This document shows, piece by piece, positions 1-10,759 of a DNA stretch of 64,000 nucleotides. The number at the start of each line of letters is the position of its first letter. The stretch's first letter is position 1. Below the pieces are notes generated by a model, which was not told the origin of the DNA, did no database searches, and saw only the letters and a program-made list of their open reading frames with translations. The stretch comes from Candidatus Latescibacterota bacterium (lineage in GTDB: Bacteria > Latescibacterota > UBA2968): NCBI GenBank assembly GCA_965198115.1, contig OZ240241.1, positions 5,760,001 through 5,824,000 on the forward strand. The letters are read 5' to 3'. The position numbers and the translations under genes were made by a program.

Positions 1-217
1 GGCATGCGAATGCCGTGGTCGGGCGGGTAATTACGTCGACTGAGGTTCATACGTTGTCGGGCTGGTGGTGAATGTCGTTTCGCCAGGGTGGCTCGGACCA
101 CGTCTTGTACCAGTTCCATTTCCATTAGACCTGCTTGGAGGGTAGCTCCACTTCGTATGTGACGCCTGCTGTGAAAGGGAGCACCTGTGTTCGGTTTCCG
201 ACCGTCTCACGTATCCA

Positions 218-976
218 TTATAGGAAGGCGTTGGCATCCGTGACGTCAGGTGGCCAGCTTCCGTGAGGGATCGGGTCGGAAGCGCGATCGGTTCGGTAGT
301 GCGTGGGAATCAGAAACTCGGGACGGATGAGGTCGATGCAGTTTAAGAGATGTTCGGACTGATCTTTCGCGCCGTGCTCCGTGAGTCCCATTTTCATGTG
401 GATCAAATAGGTAACGCGGTCTCGTAGCTTTTCGAGTGCGGCATAAGGGACGGTGAGATCACCGGTGTGAAGAAACGATACGTCGATGTGGGGAAGGGTG
501 ACGAGATAGCCGCAAGTCGGCAGGTCGGGTCTCTGGTTCTCCCCGCTTTCGATGACTTCGACCCGGACCGGACCCAGATCCCATTCCCCCGTATCCGGGA
601 AAACACGGTCCTCGCCCCCGACGTGGCTGAGATACATCGGAAAGGCGACGTCGACGAGCCTCTTGTCGATGTGTTTGGTGATGGGGAGGTCTCGCGCGAA
701 GGCGGCGTCCCCGTACTTTTCGTCGACAGGTTCATCGGGGTTGCAGCATCCTGGGCTGACCAGGACCTGCTTGATGCGGTCCCCCTGGCAAAGCCTCTGG
801 AGCGTTCTGGGGTGACAGTGGTCGAAGTGTTCGTGCGAGACGAAGATGAAATCGAAGTCCGGTTCAGCGAGTGCGAGGTCGTCACCGAATTTGTATGGGT
901 CGAAGGCAATGTTGACGAGGTCCGTTCGAACTTCGAAGCCTCCACATCCGGTCCACTTAAGATAGATTCGGCTCAT
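218..976 (-). CDS. MBL-fold metallo-hydrolase (UlaG/Lactamase_B_3-like); reading frame appears to continue to position 47 through two TAA codons
   Basis: FDPY and SHEHFDHCH (HxHxDH) motifs, HTGD, LIPTHY. Confidence 0.8.
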   Translation of the reverse strand: MSRIYLKWTGCGGFEVRTDLVNIAFDPYKFGDDLALAEPDFDFIFVSHEHFDHCHPRTLQRLCQGDRIKQVLVSPGCCNPDEPVDEKYGDAAFARDLPITKHIDKRLVDVAFPMYLSHVGGEDRVFPDTGEWDLGPVRVEVIESGENQRPDLPTCGYLVTLPHIDVSFLHTGDLTVPYAALEKLRDRVTYLIHMKMGLTEHGAKDQSEHLLNCIDLIRPEFLIPTHYRTDRASDPIPHGSWPPDVTDANAFL

Positions 977-979
977 GGG

Positions 980-1817
980 CTAAAGCGCGTGGTTCTCTTC
1001 GCTGTATTCGCGATTGCCACCGAGTTGCCAGGTGCCGCGGAAGAGCGTCTGTCGCTTTGGTGGCATAGCGGCGATGATGTCGTGATCGAGGTTCGTCTTG
1101 TGCCATTGCGCCCAGAGCGAGTTGTAGCAGTTGAAAACAGCGCAACGACCATTGTCGGGGTTTATCCAGTCGTTGGCGGCGTGGACGAGGCTCTCGGTGA
1201 AGATCACGACCGATCCGGGTGGGCAACTGTAGTCGTCCATCACGCCTCGGATGGCGTCTTCCCACGGAGAGTCGCTGATGTTGGGTCGCCAGATGTCGGG
1301 TCCGCCGTAGCCGAAGTGGGCCTTGTGGGAACCGCTCAGGAAGGATGTGTTTCCCTGGCCGGCTTTGACTTCCTCGAGTTCCCATACGACGCGGGTGAGG
1401 CCGGCGAAGATCTTCCCGCCGGCGACTTGATAACGCATCGCGTTGGCCTTCTGTTGAGGAGGCCGGACTGACCTGCCCTCCTGGATTGTCGACGTGGGGC
1501 AAGCCGTTGTCACTTCGCTCGGACTTGCTCCAGCCCGGTGGCCGGATGGTTGTGAACGAACCCTCACAGCGGAACCCGTAGCAGTCGTCGAGGACGAAGG
1601 GATCTTCGGAAAGACTCTCCGAAAGGATGCCGACGATGGCGGGATGATCGAGCAGTCCCTGGAGGGCACCCTCGTAGCTTTTTTTTGCACCCCCGTAGAC
1701 TTCGGCTTTGGTGGCCTCGATTTCTGCATCGGAGAGGACGGAGGGGATCTGGATCCATCCGCGCAGGTCGAAGAAGAATTTCTGTTCGTCGGTCATGGGA
1801 ATGACGTCTGTGCTCAT
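980..1817 (-). CDS. Phytanoyl-CoA dioxygenase (PhyH) family protein, frameshifted near 1470
   Basis: N-half MSTDVIPMTDEQKFFFDLRGW in ORF 957..1898; C-half TRVVWEL, SGSHK, TESLVH in ORF 980..1729. Confidence 0.8.
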
Positions 1818-1967
1818 GTGACTCTCCGCTGTAGCCTTTCCTTGTGGGATGGAGGTGATGGCTGTAACGATCTGACCCAAAAGGCACGGCGGGCCCAAGC
1901 CCTACGCTAGAGTAGCAAAGCCTGCTGGCATCCATCGCGCCGCGTTAGCAAGAAAGCGTGGATCATC

Positions 1968-3436
1968 TTGGCTGACAAACCAAATATTCTGCTGATCCAG
2001 ACGGACCAGCACAATCCACACATCGCGGGATTCGCGGGTGATCCGTTCGTCCAGACGGAGAATCTCGATCGCCTGGCCGGGGATGGGATGTCGTTCGATG
2101 CGGCCTATTGCCAGACACCTCTATGCTCACCAAGTCGACTGTCACTCTTGGCGGGGCGATGGGTCTCGAATTGCGGGGGATGGTCGAACGGGGCGGTGCG
2201 TGACTTGGAGCAGGAGACAATCCCATCGTGGTTGTCGAAGCATGGATACACGACGGCAACGGTCGGGAAGATGCACATCGCCGGTGGGGATCAGACGCAC
2301 GGCTACCAGCATCGACCGTATGGGGATCTGGTGCCGTGTATCTACCCGGCGCACCAGCCCGATCCGCCGGGATCCTGGAAAGACGGGCAATGGAACAACC
2401 ACGCAGTGGGACGGTTCCCGTTCGCGGGGCCCATGGAGATTCCCGAGAGCCTGACGATGGATCAGGTGGTGACGATCGAGAGTCTGGCGTGGATCCTCGA
2501 GTTCGCCGATGGGAATCCGGATGCCCCATGGTTCTTTCACGCATCGTTCTCACGACCCCACTTCCCGCTGACGGCACCGGGCCGCTATGTTAGGCGCTAT
2601 CTGGAGAGTGATCTCCAAGCACCTCCCTTGCCTTCCGGATACCCGGACGACCTTCACCCACACGATCGATTCACGGTCGATGACTTCAATCTGCTCAGGT
2701 TTTCGATGGAGGAGCATCGTCGGGCGGTGGCGTGTTACTACGCCTGCGTCGATTATGTCGACGACTGTATCGGTTCGCTGATCGAAGGACTCAGCCGCGC
2801 CGGCTGTCTGGACAATACCTACATCGTTTACACGTCCGATCACGGCGACATGGTGGGCGAGCACGGGCTGTGGTGGAAGCGATCCTACTACGAAGCTTCG
2901 GCCCGCATACCTCTGCTGATATCGGGACCGGGAATCGGCAGGGGTGGCCGCGATGCTGCGCCCGTCGAGCTGGTCGATCTGTTTCCGACGTTCTGTGAGT
3001 GGGCCGGGATCGACGTCCCCGAAGGTCTGGACGGGGAAAGTCTGACCTCGCTTTTGGATGGTCAGTCGGGGCGGCGCGAAAAGATCTACGCGCGCTCGGA
3101 GATGCTCGGCCCGAAAATTCCCACTCAGTTCCGGATGGTCCGGAGTGATCGCTGGAAGTATGTCGAGTTTCCGAGTCAGATCCTCGCCTCTACGATCTCG
3201 ACGCGGATTCAGAAGAACTCCTAGATCTCGCCGGTGATCCGCCGCCGGACGCACCTGTTGAAAATTTGGTGAAGGAGGTTCAGCGTAACGGAACCTGGGA
3301 GGAAATCAATCACCGTCGTGAGGCTGATTTGGGGCCGCAGCAGAAGTCGAGTGATACTCCGATACGCGGGGCTGTTCAGTATCGGTTGGTGGATGGGCGG
3401 GTGATCGATGGGGATGGAGCGCTCTATGCGGAATGA
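1968..3436 (+). CDS. Sulfatase (choline-sulfatase-like), frameshift near 3172
   Basis: KPNILLIQTDQ, CSPSR formylglycine motif, GKMH, SDHG; shifted frame continues ESDPRLYDLDAD to TGA at 3434-3436. Confidence 0.88.
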
Positions 3437-3537
3437 GTTCGACAATGAAGCCAAGCCAGGTGATCAATATCGGCCTGGTTCCCAGGGCCTGCCTGGGAAC
3501 AGCTTGTGCAGGATAAGGTTACCGGGAGGAATCGCCG

Positions 3538-4443
3538 ATGTTCTCAGATGATCTGAAGGAGCAGGTTCGGAACGTTCACGCCTATGCGGTGACGCCGTTC
3601 AGTGATGACCTGCTGTCGGTCGATCTGGAGAATTACGGGAAGAACATCGAGTTCATGCTCGATCGGGGTGTGAAGGTGGTGGTGGTGGGTGGGGGAACGG
3701 GAGAGGTGCACTCGCTGTCGGTAGATGAACTGGAGACGATGGCTCGTCACGCGCTGAAAGTCGTGGGGGACAGAGCGCTCGTGATCCCCGCACTACCTGA
3801 CAATCTCGGAGATGCGGCCGAGCTGGCGCCGAAGTATGAAAAACTGGGGACGCGGATCACGCTGGGGATGGCGCCGTTTATCCGCAATCAGATTCCCGAT
3901 GATCTGGATGGTGTCTACAACTACTACGAGATCCTGGGCGGGTTAACGGGTATGGCGCTCATGCCCTACAACACGCAGGGATGGACACCCGAGTTCTTTG
4001 CACGGTTGGCCGAGATCGATACAGTGATCGGCGTCAAGGATCCGTGCGCCCATCCGCACAACCTGTTCCGAGCGGTGCAACTCGTGGGGGATCGATTCGT
4101 GTGGATCGGGAACAAACGTCACGATCCCGGCGTGCTCCACTTGCGATTCCAGATGGGGATCGAAGCGTTCACGGCGGGCTTCACGAACTTCGCGCCTCAG
4201 TTCGAGTTGGAGCTGTTCGAAGCGGCGCAACGGAAGGATTGGGATCGGATGGTAGAGATTCAGGCGCAGCTGGCGCCGCTGGAGCGGATGCGGAACCGCC
4301 ACAACGAAGGGATCATCAAGTCGGCGCTGGATCTGGTTGGCTTGAAAGGGGGGAAGGTGCGGCCGCCGAGGATGGACTGTAGCCCTGTGGGCGTTGAGGA
4401 GCTTAGGGAGGAGTTGGGGAAACTTGGGGTGGAAACCTACTGA
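3538..4443 (+). CDS. Dihydrodipicolinate synthase family lyase (KDG dehydratase/aldolase-like)
   Basis: VTPF, GGTGE, PYN, Schiff-base Lys in GVKD, VRPP; GGAGGA RBS. Confidence 0.88.
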   Translation: MFSDDLKEQVRNVHAYAVTPFSDDLLSVDLENYGKNIEFMLDRGVKVVVVGGGTGEVHSLSVDELETMARHALKVVGDRALVIPALPDNLGDAAELAPKYEKLGTRITLGMAPFIRNQIPDDLDGVYNYYEILGGLTGMALMPYNTQGWTPEFFARLAEIDTVIGVKDPCAHPHNLFRAVQLVGDRFVWIGNKRHDPGVLHLRFQMGIEAFTAGFTNFAPQFELELFEAAQRKDWDRMVEIQAQLAPLERMRNRHNEGIIKSALDLVGLKGGKVRPPRMDCSPVGVEELREELGKLGVETY

Positions 4444-4482
4444 CCGGGTTTAGTGACCACTGACCAGAGACTCTCGTCGCTT

Positions 4483-5997
4483 CTATTTCTCTGTTCTCAT
4501 GCGGCCGGTGTCGACGGCGAAGGCGAGGGCGTCGAAGTTTTTTACCGTCAGGTCGAACCTCGTCTGGGTGTAGTTCGGATCGTCCCAGAGATTGTCGAAT
4601 TCGTTCGGATCGGTCTCCAAATCGAAGAGCTCGCCACAATCGAGACCGTGGTAGTTGACGAGCTTGAATCTCCGCGTGCGAATCATCGTGGCGTAGCTCT
4701 GCTGCCCCTTCCTCCAGCGGAAGTCCTGATGGGGTAGGGCCGTCCACTGCGGGTGGTTCTGCTTCACCCACGCCTCTTCCTCTCCTGCAGGGACACTGGC
4801 CATCTGATACCGGCGTCCCAACGCCACGTAGTACTCGCAACGCACATACTCTCGATGTTCCCCCGGATCGCTGGATCCGGTCAGAATACTCACCAAGGAC
4901 TTGCCGTGCATCCTGTTTGGAACCGAGACCCCCACTGCCTCCAGCAGCGTGGGCGCAACATCCGTAAGCTCTACGAGCGCGGGTGATCGAAGCCCCTGCA
5001 GGAAGTGCGCTGGCCAGGAGACGATGAGCGGTACGCGAATCAGGCCTTCGTAGAAACGACACCCCTTGGCGCGTAATCCGTGGTCTCCGAGCGTCTCGCC
5101 ATGATCGGACATGAAGATGACGATCGTTGTTTCGCGCTGACCGGTTTCCTCCAGCGCGTCGAGGACGCGACCGACGTTCTGGTCGATCAGCTCGACCGTC
5201 GCCCAGTATTTGGCCTGTTGAAGCTTGGCTTCGCGTTCGTCGTAGGCCGCGGCCTTTGTCTGGAAGTTGGCGCCCTTCAGTTTTTCCTGTGCCGCGAGAT
5301 CTGACTCCCTGTAGGCCAGCCCCGGAAGCGCGTCCACGTCGAATCGATTGAGGAACTCGCTCGGTGGATAGAGAGCCCCCTCTCCGCCTTGGGGATGCGG
5401 GTAGTAGGTGTTGAGGCTAAAGAGCCACGGACCGTCAGTGTGCTAGTGGGACCGTATGAAGTCGATCGTTCTGTGGGCACACCACGTCGTCTGATGGTAT
5501 TCCACGGGTATGTAGCCGTGGCGCTCGAAAAGCTCTTTGGCGCTTTGCCCACGGCTATCGAGCCAGTCGGCATAGTCCGAAGGGTGGCCTTCTCCCAGGT
5601 CGTCGGGTACCTGCGACCAGTGGAATTCGCGGTAGCCGTCGTCGGGCCGGGGCTCGATTCGGTCATCGACGTCGGAGAGATGAAGTTTTCCGGCCAGGCC
5701 GCAGTCGTATCCGGCGTCGGCCAGGATCTTCGTGACGAGGGGCGCGGCTCCGCTCCACCGGTCGACTTCGTTGGAGGTGTTGTGGACGGTGCTGGGATAC
5801 ATCCCTGTCAGGAAGGATGCTCGGCTGGGGGTACAGATCGGCGATTGGCAGAAAGCATCATCGAATGCAACACCCGTGTCGACCAGGCGGTCCAAGTTGG
5901 GTGTTCTGATGTGGGGATTGCCGAGGGCGTGGATGGTGTCCCAGCGTTGCTGATCCGTACAGATCCAGAGGATGTTGGGTTTTCCGGGTAATGCCAC
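4483..5997 (-). CDS. Sulfatase interrupted by one in-frame TAG at 5443-5445
   Basis: [26 protein letters not shown]; ORFs 5443..5997 and 4483..5337 are in the same frame and the gap translates [17 protein letters not shown]. Confidence 0.85.
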
Positions 5998-6003
5998 AGA
6001 AGG

Positions 6004-7047
6004 TCAACCTGCGGTGACGGCGCTGGCGACACACCACTGGCCGTGCCGGTCGCAGCAAGCGTAGTAGGCGCGGTATCGTCCGTCGTCGAGCCTGATGAAG
6101 GACATGTCTTCGGCATGTACTGCGTCGATGTCGTCGGAATCCAGCCCGCCGCCTTCGATAACCATTCCGTCGCGGACCCAGTCGATGCCATCGTCGGAAT
6201 GCGCCGCTAAAATACGCGACCGAAAGCCGGCCAAATCACATTTGATGGATGCTGCTGCGAAATCCTCTCCGAGAGTACTCTCGGCGACACCCGGATCGGA
6301 GGGGTGCGGGGGAATGACTGACCCGGGCGGTGCGTCCTGCCATCCGGAATAGAGCATCAACCAGGGTTCGCCGTCCGCTGTCGGCGGGAGCACGTCGCCT
6401 GCGGTGATCCCCAAAGCTTCGATTTCGGACTGGCCGTTTTTCATACGGTAGCCGGGCTCGAATTCGAAATTGAGCCCGTCAGTGCTGACCGCACTGATGA
6501 CGCTCTGGGAGATCCGAACACCACCACCCATCCTGCCGCCTTCGCCGTATTCGCTTGCGAAGCAATAGATCCTGACACGTCCATCCGAGAGCGGGACATA
6601 GCGTGGCGCGCCGATGCCGTCGAAGCCGTGCACTCGGGCGCCCTCCTCGAGTTCCCAGTCGACTCCGTCCGAGGAGATGGCACTGGCGATGACAGGGGGC
6701 ACATCGGCCGTGCCTCGGGATTCGAAGTACATCCGCCAGCGGCCGTCGGGTAGCTGTTTGACGGTCGGCGCAAGGTAGCGAAGGCTGCCGTGTTCGATCG
6801 CGGGATCGGGCGCCATGCGGATGCCGGGTTCGACGTCGAAGTTCAGGCCGTCTTCGGATACGGCGCTCAGGATGTAGCCTTGACAGGCAGCGAATGGTTT
6901 GCCAGGGCCGACGGCCGTGTAGTAGAGACGATAGCCTCCGTCCGGTAAAGCGACCACACCAGGCGCCTGAACCTTCGACTGGTCGATGTCCCGTGTGCCC
7001 TCCACGCGGGGACCGTCCTCCTTGATCCACTTCAGGAACTCAGCCAT
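6004..7047 (-). CDS. Beta-propeller glycoside-hydrolase-like protein
   Basis: Four repeated blades P-x-V...DGxxRxY...SAxSxDGxxF/W. Confidence 0.7.
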   Translation of the reverse strand: MAEFLKWIKEDGPRVEGTRDIDQSKVQAPGVVALPDGGYRLYYTAVGPGKPFAACQGYILSAVSEDGLNFDVEPGIRMAPDPAIEHGSLRYLAPTVKQLPDGRWRMYFESRGTADVPPVIASAISSDGVDWELEEGARVHGFDGIGAPRYVPLSDGRVRIYCFASEYGEGGRMGGGVRISQSVISAVSTDGLNFEFEPGYRMKNGQSEIEALGITAGDVLPPTADGEPWLMLYSGWQDAPPGSVIPPHPSDPGVAESTLGEDFAAASIKCDLAGFRSRILAAHSDDGIDWVRDGMVIEGGGLDSDDIDAVHAEDMSFIRLDDGRYRAYYACCDRHGQWCVASAVTAG

Positions 7048-7846
7048 ACGACATCTCCGGGTGCTTGCCAAGGACGCGCATCAGTCTGTCGTCGGCATCC
7101 TCCAACACATAGTCGGGCATGTGATAGTTGAGGTAGGGCCAGAAACGCTGGCCATAGACCTGGTGGAACAGGTAGCGTACTCGGTCGGACTTGTTGGGTA
7201 CGCCCCGATGCCAGGTTTGGCCGTTGAGCAGGTAGAGGTCGCCGGCTTTCATGTGGAGTGAAACGGGGCCCTGGCCTTCGAAGGCGGGATGCTCGGCATC
7301 ATCGGGTTGTCGACCGGCGTAGTTGCTGCCCGGAACGAACTGGCTTGGGCCGTATTGGTCCTCGTCCTGATCCGTGAGTGCGATCTGTACGGACATGCGG
7401 AAAACCGGGATTCGGATACGAGCGTCGTGCCGCGCGACGTCGTCATTGATGATCGGGAATTCGAGGCCGTCGTCGACGTGGAAACGGTTGATGCCCATGT
7501 CCGTCCGGTTCAAGATGCAGCCCTGCGCGATGCAGTGGCAATGTTCTCCGAGAACCGTTTCAGCGATGGTGATGATCGGCTCGCGGACGAGAAGGTCGCG
7601 AAACATCCGGTCGCACTCGAACAGGCGATGTACGACGATCGGTTTTTTACCGTCGTGGTCCGCCCGGACTTTAACGTTGCGCATGTCGGCGAAGTAGGGT
7701 TCGGCATAGATCCGATCGAGCCGCTCTATCATCGTCTCGCACTCATCGCGAGAAAGGACGCCACGGACAATCGTCGCACCGTTCCCGTAGAAGTCATCCA
7801 GAATCGGGGTCAGTTCTTCTTCACTCAGCGGTTCTGTCAGGGCCAT
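7040..7846 (-). CDS. PhyH family Fe(II)/2OG dioxygenase
   Basis: FHVD, PGS, AGD...WHRG...R. Confidence 0.88.
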   Translation of the reverse strand: MALTEPLSEEELTPILDDFYGNGATIVRGVLSRDECETMIERLDRIYAEPYFADMRNVKVRADHDGKKPIVVHRLFECDRMFRDLLVREPIITIAETVLGEHCHCIAQGCILNRTDMGINRFHVDDGLEFPIINDDVARHDARIRIPVFRMSVQIALTDQDEDQYGPSQFVPGSNYAGRQPDDAEHPAFEGQGPVSLHMKAGDLYLLNGQTWHRGVPNKSDRVRYLFHQVYGQRFWPYLNYHMPDYVLEDADDRLMRVLGKHPEMSYG

Positions 7847-7853
7847 GCTTGGA

Positions 7854-8746
7854 TCACTCCGGCAATTTCAGGACCGCTTCGTCCACGACGCCCACTGGCA
7901 ATGCCCAGGTCGATCTGCGCCGTCGAGGATGGGTGGACTGTCGATTGTCACCCCGAGCTCGGTGCTGAGCGTCCAATCCGGCTCACCCTCGGGATTCCTG
8001 AAGATGTTGTAATCTTTCTCGGCTTCTTCCTGCGCGATGTCGACCAGGTCGCGTTGGGAGAACAACCGAACCACGCTGTTTCCGATCGCGCCGATCGATA
8101 CGGTTTTCCTGTCCTCCTGGACCTGACCCAGTCGATTGAAGTCCGTGTGTTGTTTTCCCCCATAGCCGAACGGCTGGTAATCGATCATGGGTTGCTGGAC
8201 GATCGTTCCATCTGGTTGCCTGACCTTGACGGTCATGTCGATCGTGTGACGATAGGGTACTTCGCACAGCCATTCGGCGAAGTGGTGGCTGGTGGAGTTG
8301 CTGTAGTTGACACCAAGGAGCAATACCTTCGTGTTGAGGGCCAGCATGACGCCGAAGGACGATCGGATGTCGAAGACGGAATGCTTCGGGTCGACGTCGG
8401 TGATGACGGACGCCCGCCTGCCGATGGCGGCGAAACTATGACGGTAGGCGATGCTGCGTAGCGCGTCCGAATGGAGACGGACCGCCTCGGTGATCGCGCC
8501 CATCTCGCTTTGGTCCGAAGCGGGATCGATGATCGGGTCATCCTCAGGCTCGTGGATGAAGGTAAATGTGGGTGCGACGAGCGTGCCGCGTTCGCCGATG
8601 ACGTCGAGGAGTGCGTCGACGACGGTGTTGGCACTGCCTTCGACGTGGCCGAGGGTACGCATGGCAGAGTGGATGAGGACGACGTCGCCCGATTGCAGGC
8701 CGAGGTCGCGAAGGCCAGTGGCGATTTGGGATTGGGTGAGTGCCAT
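7854..8746 (-). CDS. AAC(3)/YokD family N-acetyltransferase; probable frameshift in the last codons
   Basis: LGLQSGDVVLIHSAM, GTLVAPTFT, MGAITE, HSFAAIG, LLLGV, TSHHFAE; ORF track ends at 7868, shifted frame ends VVDEAVLKLPE at 7854. Confidence 0.85.
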
Positions 8747-8836
8747 TGCTCTCCAAACGCTGCGGTGCGAAAGGCGCGTATAGCGGCCTTCAGCCCGCTG
8801 AAAATCGGGTCAATAATGACCGATAAATGGACCCAG

Positions 8837-10741
8837 CTAACCGTTGAGCTGGTGACCGCTTCCGTTGAACCAGATGATGTCGACGACGGCGCCCAGCGTC
8901 AGGCCCATCAGGAAGCCCAGGAGGGCACCGAGAAAGACGGGTGTCATCTGCCGATAGTGCTCGAGACCCCCCAATTTCAGCAACAATTTCTTGATGAGCC
9001 AGACCAGAAAGATCGATGAGGCGCTGTTTCGCGTTGGGGCGGAAGCCGAGATCGTGAACCCGAGTGGATGGATGAGGAAGCCGGGGAAGAGGGTCCTCAA
9101 ATAGAGTAGCCCGCCGGTGAAGACGGCGCCGATTCCGAGGAACTGGAGGCGCGTCCAGTCGGCACCCTGGATGCCCTGGATTCGGGTTGCCGTGTAGGGC
9201 CAGATGTTGAGCCCCACTCTTGGGATGCCAAAGTTGTAGCTTCCGGTCGCGTGGTAGCCCTGGTAAAGCATGAAACCGATGGCTACGGAGAGGCCAATGA
9301 GGCAGCCGGCAAACAGCGTCGGGACGAGCCGTCGCCGATTTTTTCGGTCGACCGCGACGCCCAGCCGCGGGATGTGGGCCACGGCCGTCATCGCCAGCGT
9401 CCTGGCGTCGCAGAAGAAGGTGTAGGATAGAGCCAGAGCAATGCCACCAGCCGGTCCTACTCCGTTGATACCGAAGAGGTGCCACGCGAATGCCTGGGCC
9501 GTGACCGGCCCGCGCAGATACACCAGTCCGCTTTCGACCATGATTCGGGCGAGTCCGACGTAGAGAACACCTGTCGCGAAGACGAAGGCGAGGAGCGGGC
9601 CCCAGCCGAGTCCGGCGCGATTGAGCAAGAATACGATATATGAGCCGCAGACGAGCATCAGCCAGACGGCGGTTCGGGAAGACAGTAGCTCCTCGGAGTC
9701 ATCGAGCTCATCGTTTCGGCCAAGAGCTTTTTGAAAGACGGCCTTCAGATGGTTTCGCCCTACCCAAGCGCCCCAACCGACGAACACGACCATGCCGCCG
9801 AAACCCTGCCACGCCGTCGCAGGATGGAAGCCGCAGTAGATGTCGGGACTCCCCATTTCCACACCCAACCGATTGAACAATCCCACCTGCAGTACGGCGA
9901 GCAGATTGAAGACCCAGATGCTGAGCAGAACCTCGGACTTCGTGAAGTATCCGAACGCGATGATCATGGGGTGAACGGTGAAGATAATTGGAGGGAATCC
10001 TTCGGCGATCCAGAGATTTCGAGGCATTCGGATCGGAATCTGGGGCATCACGGTGAGGAACCATCCTGCGGCGTTCCAGGCGTAGGCTCCGAACACGACG
10101 CCGAATCCAAGCCAGAAACGGGGCGATCGAACGAGGCTGGCGATGGTGCCGGACGTGCCTGACGCGCCGGTCAGTTCCAACAGGACGGTGGCGACGGGAA
10201 ACGCCAATCGCTCGTGCTCCATCCACTGTTTTCGAAAGATGACAGAAACGCAGATGTTCACGACGAGGACGGCACCAAAGAGCGTACCCCACCAGAAGAA
10301 GGGCGAGATCCACGCTCGCCAGGGTATCGAGCGTCCCTCGGGAAGACCTTCGTAGAAGCCCGTGGTGGCGTCGAGACTGGATACGATGGTCCAGTCGGGG
10401 ATGTGATGGAGCATCACCTCGCGCCACTGGTTCTCGGGCGTAGCGAAGTACGTAGGGACTGTTATCACGTCCAGAAAGAAGGCCGGGATGCCCTCGCCGT
10501 GCATCCACGCGGTAAGAAAGCCGATGCAGCTTATGGCCACCAGCTCGGAGGACGTCAGACCGCCGCCGCGGCGCTGCAGAAGATGATTGATGCCGAGGAG
10601 AAACACGAATGGGATGAGGAAACCGACAGAGAGATGCGCGTAGTCGGCCCGCAACGAGTAGACGATCTGGCTGGTGTAGGTCGGCCAGAAGGTGATGAAG
10701 GCGGCCAGGCCGATGCCAAGGAGGGTCGCGCGGCGTGTCAC
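8837..10741 (-). CDS. DUF6785/DUF6784-type polytopic membrane protein (putative transporter)
   Basis: Many hydrophobic segments; RKQWMEHERLAFP, SIW, HPLG, LLLKLGG...PVFLG motifs. Confidence 0.75.
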   Translation of the reverse strand: MTRRATLLGIGLAAFITFWPTYTSQIVYSLRADYAHLSVGFLIPFVFLLGINHLLQRRGGGLTSSELVAISCIGFLTAWMHGEGIPAFFLDVITVPTYFATPENQWREVMLHHIPDWTIVSSLDATTGFYEGLPEGRSIPWRAWISPFFWWGTLFGAVLVVNICVSVIFRKQWMEHERLAFPVATVLLELTGASGTSGTIASLVRSPRFWLGFGVVFGAYAWNAAGWFLTVMPQIPIRMPRNLWIAEGFPPIIFTVHPMIIAFGYFTKSEVLLSIWVFNLLAVLQVGLFNRLGVEMGSPDIYCGFHPATAWQGFGGMVVFVGWGAWVGRNHLKAVFQKALGRNDELDDSEELLSSRTAVWLMLVCGSYIVFLLNRAGLGWGPLLAFVFATGVLYVGLARIMVESGLVYLRGPVTAQAFAWHLFGINGVGPAGGIALALSYTFFCDARTLAMTAVAHIPRLGVAVDRKNRRRLVPTLFAGCLIGLSVAIGFMLYQGYHATGSYNFGIPRVGLNIWPYTATRIQGIQGADWTRLQFLGIGAVFTGGLLYLRTLFPGFLIHPLGFTISASAPTRNSASSIFLVWLIKKLLLKLGGLEHYRQMTPVFLGALLGFLMGLTLGAVVDIIWFNGSGHQLNG

Positions 10742-10759
10742 GGGTACTAAGCGTGGGTC

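Noticed and set aside
467-1471. Long opposite-strand ORFs (also 7289..8461, 25190..26335, 30151..31164, 34841..35791)
   Set aside because: Antisense shadows of well-supported genes, expected in GC-rich DNA
3538-4443. dapA for lysine biosynthesis
   Set aside because: GGTGE instead of GTTGE, two divergent paralogs in the window and a catabolic context
47-5445. Alternative genetic code reassigning TAA/TAG
   Set aside because: Several genes end at family-typical C-termini on TAG or TAA (e.g. 14596, 27675, 35788)
7854-8746. Aminoglycoside resistance gene
   Set aside because: Family membership alone does not show resistance; the context is catabolic and not mobile
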